A DNA stretch of 38,662 bases from Candidatus Limnocylindrales bacterium. Lineage in GTDB: Bacteria; Moduliflexota; Moduliflexia; Moduliflexales; JAUQPW01. Within the stretch, counting starts at the first letter, position 1. The number at the start of each line of letters is the position of its first letter. The position numbers and the translations under genes were made by a program. Below the pieces are notes generated by a model. The model ran no database searches. It saw only the letters and a program-made list of their open reading frames with translations, and was not told where the DNA came from. The DNA is taken from positions 1 through 38,662 of the forward strand of contig DATMBG010000055.1 of assembly GCA_035559535.1 (NCBI GenBank). Direction: 5' to 3'. Shown one piece after another: positions 32,744 through 38,662 of the stretch.

Positions 32744-34297
32744 TTGCTGGCCGCTTACAGTAGAGAGGAGGAAATTATGTGGACTCAGTCGGATTTAATA
32801 CCATCTGATCACTCCATGGATGGGAGTAATAAAAGAGTCTCAAAATCTCAAGGTCAAAGCTTTTTTCATCAAAAGGGTCCCTATGACAGGGATGAGTTCC
32901 TTGTAAAATCGAAGGGAAGAAAAAAGAAAAACCTTTTATCCCCTTATCTTCTCTATATTCCGGGGCTACTCCTTTACATTATGACCTGGTCTACCTGTGG
33001 TCTGGCTCAGGAGTCTAAGGAACGGGAGATCTCGCTATCTCCTACCTCACCCGGTCGAGAGACCCCCTTAGATCTTGCAGGACTTCCTAAAGAACCTGTG
33101 GGTATAAAGATCAATGGTTTCATCGTGGGATCCTTGAGTTATAATTCCCGTATTCAGATAGTTCCGGAATTTGCCGGTAGTGCTCCGGCTCTGGCCAATC
33201 CTGGAGCGACTAATTTTAGTTTCGACAAATTCGGCCTGGCCCTTTCCAGGACTTTTGCTTCCTGGCTTTCAGCCAGTGGAGCTATCGAGGTAGAAAGTCA
33301 CAGGAACCGACATGCCCATGGCTTCAACCCGGAGTTCGGCTGTCCGGAAGGTGGAACCAGTCCTTGTATTGAGAGATTCGGATCCGAGGAGCCCGAAATT
33401 GAAGTTGGGCTGGATAAATTTAATATTACCGGTATAGTCCCGGTTGGGAATGGGCTTTCCCTCTCCTTGGGAAGATTTGACGTTCCGTTCGGTATCGAAC
33501 GGCATGATGAACCCCTGTTGCTCACGGCTACCAACTCCGAGGTCTTCCGTTTCGGTCGCCCGCAAAAAGTAACGGGATTCTGGACGGCTTACCAAGTAAA
33601 TCCTAAAGTAAACTTCGATGTCTTCCTCGTGAACCGCTGGGAGTCTGAGACGACGGAGGATGACTTTAACGATAACAATAAAGGAAAAACCGTCGGAGGC
33701 CGCATTGGTTTCACCCCCTTGCCGACCACAGGCCTTTTAAACTTTGGCATCGGAGGTATCTATGGTCCCGAACAAGAAAATAACGATTCGAGTAAACGAT
33801 GGGTGATAGACCTTGACGCTACCTGGAATCCTATCTCCAAATTCCTTTTGACGGGGGAATTTGTCTTCGGAAGCGAATCAGATTTTGAAGCCCGACAAGT
33901 CGGCCAGCCTATCTTTCAGGCCCCAATACAGGGAGATGTAAGTTGGTTTGGATTTTATTTGCTGGGCCACTATGATGCCCGACCCTGGTTGGGTTTTTCC
34001 CTTCGTTATGGCTACTTTGATGATCAGGATGGGGCAAGAACCGGAATCCAGCAAAAGCTCCAATCCCTGACTTTTGCTCCCGTCATCCATCTCTCCCGAT
34101 TGATTCCAGATCTTCGTCCGACCGGTGCTACGTTTGCACGAACTCGTCATCCCATTGATTGGGTCGACTTGAAGTTTGAATACCGTTACAACCACTCCAA
34201 TCGACCTGCCTTCTCCGATGAAGAGCCAGGAGTAGATATTCTAGAAGCCGATAAAACAAGTCATCAATTTCAGTTCCAGGCGGTTGTCAACTTCTAA
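32744..34297 (+). CDS. Outer membrane beta-barrel porin (putative beta-barrel porin-2/phosphate-porin-like) with His/Cys-rich loop; likely start ATG 32777 or later
   Basis: SD GAGGAGG before 32777; hydrophobic signal ending CGLA. LGRFDVPFGIE, DNNKGKTVGGRIG, LKFEYRY, amphipathic beta strands and a terminal Phe (QAVVNF). Confidence 0.82.
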   Translation: MLAAYSREEEIMWTQSDLIPSDHSMDGSNKRVSKSQGQSFFHQKGPYDRDEFLVKSKGRKKKNLLSPYLLYIPGLLLYIMTWSTCGLAQESKEREISLSPTSPGRETPLDLAGLPKEPVGIKINGFIVGSLSYNSRIQIVPEFAGSAPALANPGATNFSFDKFGLALSRTFASWLSASGAIEVESHRNRHAHGFNPEFGCPEGGTSPCIERFGSEEPEIEVGLDKFNITGIVPVGNGLSLSLGRFDVPFGIERHDEPLLLTATNSEVFRFGRPQKVTGFWTAYQVNPKVNFDVFLVNRWESETTEDDFNDNNKGKTVGGRIGFTPLPTTGLLNFGIGGIYGPEQENNDSSKRWVIDLDATWNPISKFLLTGEFVFGSESDFEARQVGQPIFQAPIQGDVSWFGFYLLGHYDARPWLGFSLRYGYFDDQDGARTGIQQKLQSLTFAPVIHLSRLIPDLRPTGATFARTRHPIDWVDLKFEYRYNHSNRPAFSDEEPGVDILEADKTSHQFQFQAVVNF

Positions 34298-34625
34298 GAG
34301 GATGAAATCCTGGGGAAATTAAAGGGCTTATTCCATGATGCCAAGACAAAAATCGGTTTTCTCCTTCTCAGTTTGGATTTTCTATCTGCTTTTTCTCGAT
34401 TATAGAACTGTTTGTCTATTCGTCTGTCTATTTGATCATGGAATAGGCCTGTTTCCTGAATAGATAGGGTAAATTATTTTTTGTATTTTCTCCCTGAGGG
34501 GATAAAATTAAATTTATCAAGTTGCTGTTAAAGCAATAGCTGATGAAAGTCCTTATGGAAAGAAGAGGTGGAGAATCGGGAATAATCAGGTTTACCCGAT
34601 TCGACTCCCTCTTTATGAGGAGCAA

Positions 34626-35042
34626 ATGAAACTAAAAAGATTGTTCCCTATAGCCGGGATCCTATTTTTCGTACTGTCCTGTTGGGTTTCTACAATGGGA
34701 TATGCCGCCGATGAGGTTCCCAGAATAACAAAAGAAAAGCTTAAAGAAATGTTCGGTAACCCCGATTTGATTATCCTGGATGTCAGAACTGGTTCAAGTT
34801 GGGAAAGCAGCAGGGAAAAAATTAAAGGGGCGATCCGAGAAGACCCCAAAAGTGTAAACTCTTGGGCCGACAAATATCCTAAAGATAAAATTTTGGTTCT
34901 TTATTGTTCTTGACCTGATGAAGCTACCAGTGCCCGGGTGGCACGGGAACTCCTCCGTAAGGGATTTACCAGGGTTTATGCCTTGAAAGGTGGATGGAAT
35001 GAATGGGTAGAGGCTAAATTCCCAACAGAACCCAAAGATTAG
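34626..35042 (+). CDS. Exported rhodanese-related selenoprotein (CxU motif; TGA 34911-34913 read as Sec), 138 aa
   Basis: After LVLYCS-TGA the frame continues PDEATSARVARELLRKGFTRVYALKGGWNEWVEAKFPTEPKD-TAG, the missing half of the rhodanese fold. A SECIS-like hairpin lies directly downstream of the TGA. Confidence 0.85.
34927..34946 (+). promoter_or_regulatory. Candidate bacterial SECIS element
   Basis: CC(A)GTGCC-CGGGT-GGCAC-GG hairpin; the G-containing apical loop starts 21 nt after the UGA. Confidence 0.65.
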
Positions 35043-35251
35043 GTATCTGATCCCCTAAAGATCAGGGATAGTTTTAGATACCTTAAAAGAATGAAAAAAA
35101 TAACTATTTATCCTTTACAAATGGAATTAGATTTGAGAATATAATTTGAAGTGTTAAAGGGTTGTAATCCAACATGGAAGCACAGCCTACTAGATGCCGG
35201 GGGTAAATTTCTAACTGGAAGGAAAGGTATCTAGGTGGTTTAGGAAGAGGT

Positions 35252-36568
35252 ATGGAAAGCAGAGTTACACGAAGAGAATTTTTAAAGAAAGTGGGGCGAG
35301 GTGGTTTTGGACTTTACCTGAGTACATTGCCCGTAAGTTTAATATCCTGTACCCAGGCTGAGAAAAAAACCTTTTCATCATTCCAGGAGGTTTATAGAAG
35401 TTCATCTAAAAACCTGTCTAAAACCGATTTAGAGTTACTTCGATATCCTTACCTTCAATGCCCTACCACTTCTTCGATGAAAATTGCCTGGAAAACAAAA
35501 AGTTCCTGTAAAGGTGAGATCCGATACGGACTGACACAAGATTTAGAACAGATTGCAAACGGTCTTTCACCTACAGAGTGCCATCTCGTGACGCTTCTAG
35601 ATCTTCAACCGGATACCCAGTACTATTATCAGATTTTTGGCGATGGAGCCCCCCTGACAGAAATGGAAACTTTCAAAACAGCCAAACCGTGTAGTTCTAA
35701 AAGTTTCTCCTTTATCGCATTTGGAGATTCCGGTAGTGGTAATACGGATCAATATCGGGTCGCAGAGGTCATGAAAAGTTTAAATTTTGACCTGGCTATT
35801 CTGACGGGAGATATTGTCTATCCCAATGGGGATACTGCCTACTATGAGTCTAACTACTTCCGACCCTATCGAGACCTGATAAAAAAGGTTCCCTTCTTTC
35901 CTTCACTGGGAAACCATGATCTGGATTCCAAAAACGGACAAGGTTACTTAGAGGCATTTGATGTTCCCGCTAATAATCCTCTGAATTCCAAACGATATTA
36001 TACCTTTAGATATGCCCATGCTCTGTTTATAGCCTTAGATAGTAATGAAGGGCTTTTATATAAACCGGATCAAATTCAAGGAAGTCCTCAATATAAGTGG
36101 CTGGTTCATGAACTTCAGAAGGCCGAGAACGACCCGGAGGTCAACTGGCGATTTGTCTTTTTTCACCATCCCCCTTATAGTGGAGGATACCACGGTCAGG
36201 GAGGTCAGAAAGAACGGCTGGCCCAGCTCAGGAAAACCCTGGTTCCAGTATTGGAGAAATACCAGGTGGATATGGTGTTTAATGGCCACGATCACCACTA
36301 TGAGAGATCTTATCCCATAAGGGACGGCAGTATAGAAAGTGAACCTGTTTCCGATACCCAGGGGATTGTCTATATTGTAACCGGTGGGGGGGGACGGGGA
36401 AATAATTTCTGGCGAAGCCGTCTAAAGAAAGGGCCCTGGTGTGCCTATATTGAAGATACTTTCCATGTAACCTATGTCGAGATTGATGGAAGCCTCCTCA
36501 CCCTTAAAGCCATTAATGATCGGGGAGAAGTTATAGATAAGGCTACGATTCAGAAATCCAGGATTTAA
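35252..36568 (+). CDS. Purple acid phosphatase-like metallophosphoesterase, Tat-exported lipoprotein with FN3-like N-domain
   Basis: TRREFLK Tat motif, LISC lipobox; GDSG, GDIVY, GNHD, HHPPY and GHDHHYER motifs. Confidence 0.9.
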   Translation: MESRVTRREFLKKVGRGGFGLYLSTLPVSLISCTQAEKKTFSSFQEVYRSSSKNLSKTDLELLRYPYLQCPTTSSMKIAWKTKSSCKGEIRYGLTQDLEQIANGLSPTECHLVTLLDLQPDTQYYYQIFGDGAPLTEMETFKTAKPCSSKSFSFIAFGDSGSGNTDQYRVAEVMKSLNFDLAILTGDIVYPNGDTAYYESNYFRPYRDLIKKVPFFPSLGNHDLDSKNGQGYLEAFDVPANNPLNSKRYYTFRYAHALFIALDSNEGLLYKPDQIQGSPQYKWLVHELQKAENDPEVNWRFVFFHHPPYSGGYHGQGGQKERLAQLRKTLVPVLEKYQVDMVFNGHDHHYERSYPIRDGSIESEPVSDTQGIVYIVTGGGGRGNNFWRSRLKKGPWCAYIEDTFHVTYVEIDGSLLTLKAINDRGEVIDKATIQKSRI

Positions 36569-36628
36569 ATGTCTGCACCGGAAGCTTCTCCGGGATGCAA
36601 GGCGCAGCTATAGGGGAGAGAAAACAGT

Positions 36629-37387
36629 ATGGCCGACAACAACCACCGACATTTGACTAAAAGAGAACGTCGGGAATTGAGACGGGAGGAAAAAAAGCAA
36701 GCCAGATTACATGAACAAAAACAAGAACAACGGAAACGCCTACGCAGGCGGATTACCCTCTGGTTTTTTGTGTTGCTCGGCGTTGGCGGTGGGATCTTTG
36801 GAATGATCCAGTTGGCCAAAAATCCCTCTTCCTACAAAGCCTCTCCACCAACCTCCCTAGACTCAACTGCAGGTTGGACCAAAGGCAATAAAGATGCAAA
36901 GGTTACTCTGATCGAATACAGCGACTTTCAATGTCCTGCTTGCCGTAATAGCTATGCCTGGGTTAAAAGATTAACCCTGGAATTTAACGATAAAATGCAA
37001 TTTGTCTATCGCCATTTTCCCCTCAAGCAAATTCATCCCAACGCAGAATTGGCTGCACGCGCTGCCGAAGCCGCCGGCAGGCAGGGTAAGTTTTGGGAAA
37101 TGCATGACATGCTTTTTGAAAATCAGAGTAGTTGGGCAAATCGGTCCGATGCCGGGGAGATTTTTATAAAATATGCTCAATCCCTTAATCTCAGTGTGGA
37201 ACAGTTTAAAAATGATCTCAACTCCAGGGAAGTGCGAGAAAAGGTAGAAAACGATTATCAGCACAGTATTCAATCCGGTATAGACGCCACGCCAACTTTT
37301 TTTCTTAACGGAAAGAAAATTCAAAACCCCAGAAGCTATGAAGAGTTTAAAAACCTCATCCAGCAGGCCATTCAAAGTAATTCCTAA
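36629..37387 (+). CDS. Membrane-anchored DsbA-family thiol-disulfide oxidoreductase
   Basis: TM anchor, EYSDFQCPAC, YRHFPL, QGKFWEMHD and GIDATPTFF (cis-Pro). Confidence 0.93.
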   Translation: MADNNHRHLTKRERRELRREEKKQARLHEQKQEQRKRLRRRITLWFFVLLGVGGGIFGMIQLAKNPSSYKASPPTSLDSTAGWTKGNKDAKVTLIEYSDFQCPACRNSYAWVKRLTLEFNDKMQFVYRHFPLKQIHPNAELAARAAEAAGRQGKFWEMHDMLFENQSSWANRSDAGEIFIKYAQSLNLSVEQFKNDLNSREVREKVENDYQHSIQSGIDATPTFFLNGKKIQNPRSYEEFKNLIQQAIQSNS

Positions 37388-37793
37388 CTCCATTGTTCTT
37401 GCTTTTCTCATCGTCAGTCTGGTAGGTTTTTTAGATGCAACCTACCTGACTGCCAAACATTACCTGGGGGAAGTTCCCACCTGCTCCCTCCTAGAAGGTT
37501 GCGAAAAGGTCCTCACAAGCCCCTATGCGACCCTGGGAAGGGTCCCTGTAGCCCTGCCCGGAGCCTTGTATTATCTGGTTATTTTTCTCTCCCTGGTTGC
37601 TTACGTGGATACGCCACGAAGGAGTATCCTCCGTTTTACCGCCTATTTGACTTTCTTTGGCTTCCTGACTTCGCTGGGGTTTATCTATCTTCAACTTTTT
37701 GTTCTTAAGGCTGTTTGCCTCTACTGTATGGCTTCGGCAGCAAGTTCCATCGTTTTATTCGGTCTGGGTATTTATGTGTTGAAATGTCGGTAA
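37338..37793 (+). CDS. Vitamin K epoxide reductase (VKOR) family protein
   Basis: CSLLEGCEKVLTSPYA loop cysteines, CLYC and four TMs; overlaps the DsbA gene by 50 nt. Confidence 0.92.
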   Translation: MKSLKTSSSRPFKVIPNSIVLAFLIVSLVGFLDATYLTAKHYLGEVPTCSLLEGCEKVLTSPYATLGRVPVALPGALYYLVIFLSLVAYVDTPRRSILRFTAYLTFFGFLTSLGFIYLQLFVLKAVCLYCMASAASSIVLFGLGIYVLKCR

Positions 37794-38261
37794 AGTACAC
37801 GATGATCGGAGCTTAACCACTGAAAACAAAAAATCCGGTGCTTATACCAGGTCGGTCTTGAAATGCCTTCTAAAGGATAAGGACCGCCCACCCCAGCCCT
37901 CTCCGCATGGGAGGAGGGAAAGGGAGGGATTGCCTGCTTGAGGCCATGCAGGGTCGTACCTGAAAACCCCTCTGAATGGTAGAAATAACTCCCCAGGATT
38001 GCCCCATTTAAGGATCATCGCAAGGATCGTTCCTCCCTACTTTTGCCGCATTTCCATCAACCGGAAGGATCTCTTTGTAAATTCTCCATAAAATTTATTA
38101 CTATTTTTCTTGACAAACAGTGTTTCGTATTATTTATTTTTAAAAAACCACATAAAAGATATTATTTATTTTTATAAAGTATTACGATTGGTGCAATTTA
38201 AAACCCTATGTCAGGTTCCACTCATAAATCCTCCTGGTATTTCCGTTATCTTATGAGTGGG

Positions 38262-38296
38262 GATAGTCCCTGGCCTGCCTCAGGGACTATCTTTTT
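38262..38296 (+). terminator. Intrinsic terminator upstream of the SMP-30 gene
   Basis: GATAGTCCCTG-N8-CAGGGACTATC-TTTTT (11-bp perfect stem plus U tract). Confidence 0.8.
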
Positions 38297-38422
38297 CCAG
38301 ATTGATTCTGGATCTTATCTTTTCAGGGAGGTATCAACTCAGAAGATAATCAGGTGGTCGTAGGTAACTATTCCCTTGTCTTTTATCTTTACCTTCATCT
38401 CATCTGAAGAAAGGAGTCGATT

Positions 38423-38662
38423 ATGTTATCTTTTCGTATAAGGAATTTCCCTTTGATAGGTATTATCCTTATCGGTGTGATCTTCATAAACCTATCTGCC
38501 CTGGAAGCTGAGGAGAAGATGCCAACCGGGGATCCGAGTATTATTCCACCTGGAGCCAAACTTGAGAAACTCTTCGAGGGAGGTTGCGTCCTCACCGAAG
38601 GGGTAGCCGCAGGCCCGGATGGAATGATCTACTTCAGTGACATTACCTTTACCTTCCGGTGT
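38423..38662 (+). CDS. SMP-30/gluconolactonase/LRE family protein (exported; truncated by the window end)
   Basis: SD AAGGAG at 38411-38416. Translation MLSFRIRNFPLIGIILIGVIFINLSALEAEE...IIPPGAKLEKLFEGGCVLTEGVAAGPDGMIYFSDI. Absent from the ORF track because it has no stop in the window. Confidence 0.85.
   Translation, partial: MLSFRIRNFPLIGIILIGVIFINLSALEAEEKMPTGDPSIIPPGAKLEKLFEGGCVLTEGVAAGPDGMIYFSDITFTFRC

Noticed and set aside
35186-35240. Riboswitch upstream of the metallophosphoesterase
   Set aside because: Only one 9-bp stem (CTAGATGCC/GGTATCTAG), with no recognisable aptamer or terminator.
38216-38262. Purine riboswitch (CACTCATA...TATGAGTG resembles P1)
   Set aside because: Only 23 nt lie between the arms; P2, P3 and the TTTCTACC junction are missing.
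38395-38595. Minus-strand 66-aa ORF
   Set aside because: It is antisense to the SMP-30 family gene starting at 38423.
1-38662. Genome-wide UGA reassignment (genetic code 4/25)
   Set aside because: Conserved genes such as mraZ, murF and the HAD end at TGA at their expected C-termini, and no core gene has an internal TGA.

Overview
A 38.7 kb bacterial chromosomal window from a moderate-GC diderm; the taxon cannot be fixed from sequence alone. It has five parts. (1) 1-3351 is the tail of an integron-type cassette array with two clear attC sites and no integrase in view. It carries a HOD/QDO/AqdC-like cofactor-independent quinolone dioxygenase, a Tat-signal amidase interrupted by an in-frame TGA, and a VapBC toxin-antitoxin pair. 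(2) 3.7-16.9 kb holds HU and a rearranged dcw cluster on the minus strand: mraZ-rsmH-[MITE-like element]-ftsL-ftsI-murF-mraY-ftsW-[PIN remnant]-murG-DUF1611-murE. murD, murC, ddl and ftsQAZ are absent from the window. (3) 17-30 kb holds housekeeping and metabolic genes: serA, der, an orphan ABC substrate-binding protein, an IscU-like protein lacking its third Cys, an aromatic amino acid decarboxylase, a trypsin-like lipoprotein, an M1 aminopeptidase with HEAT repeats and a haloacid dehalogenase. REP-like palindromes and 7/8-mer short tandem repeats are interspersed. (4) 30.3-37.8 kb is a plus-strand envelope metal/redox locus. Two paralogous small membrane proteins ending in RSPP/RAPP (candidate metal-sensing ribosome-arrest leader peptides) each precede His/Met-rich envelope genes: an inner-membrane protein, an FMN-bind-like periplasmic protein without the flavinylation motif, and an outer-membrane beta-barrel. 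These are followed by a probable CxU selenoprotein rhodanese missed by the ORF caller, a Tat metallophosphoesterase, DsbA and VKOR. (5) The window ends with a structured leader containing a terminator ahead of a truncated SMP-30/gluconolactonase gene. The best candidate for an undescribed system is the tandem RAPP-leader-controlled metal-handling locus.
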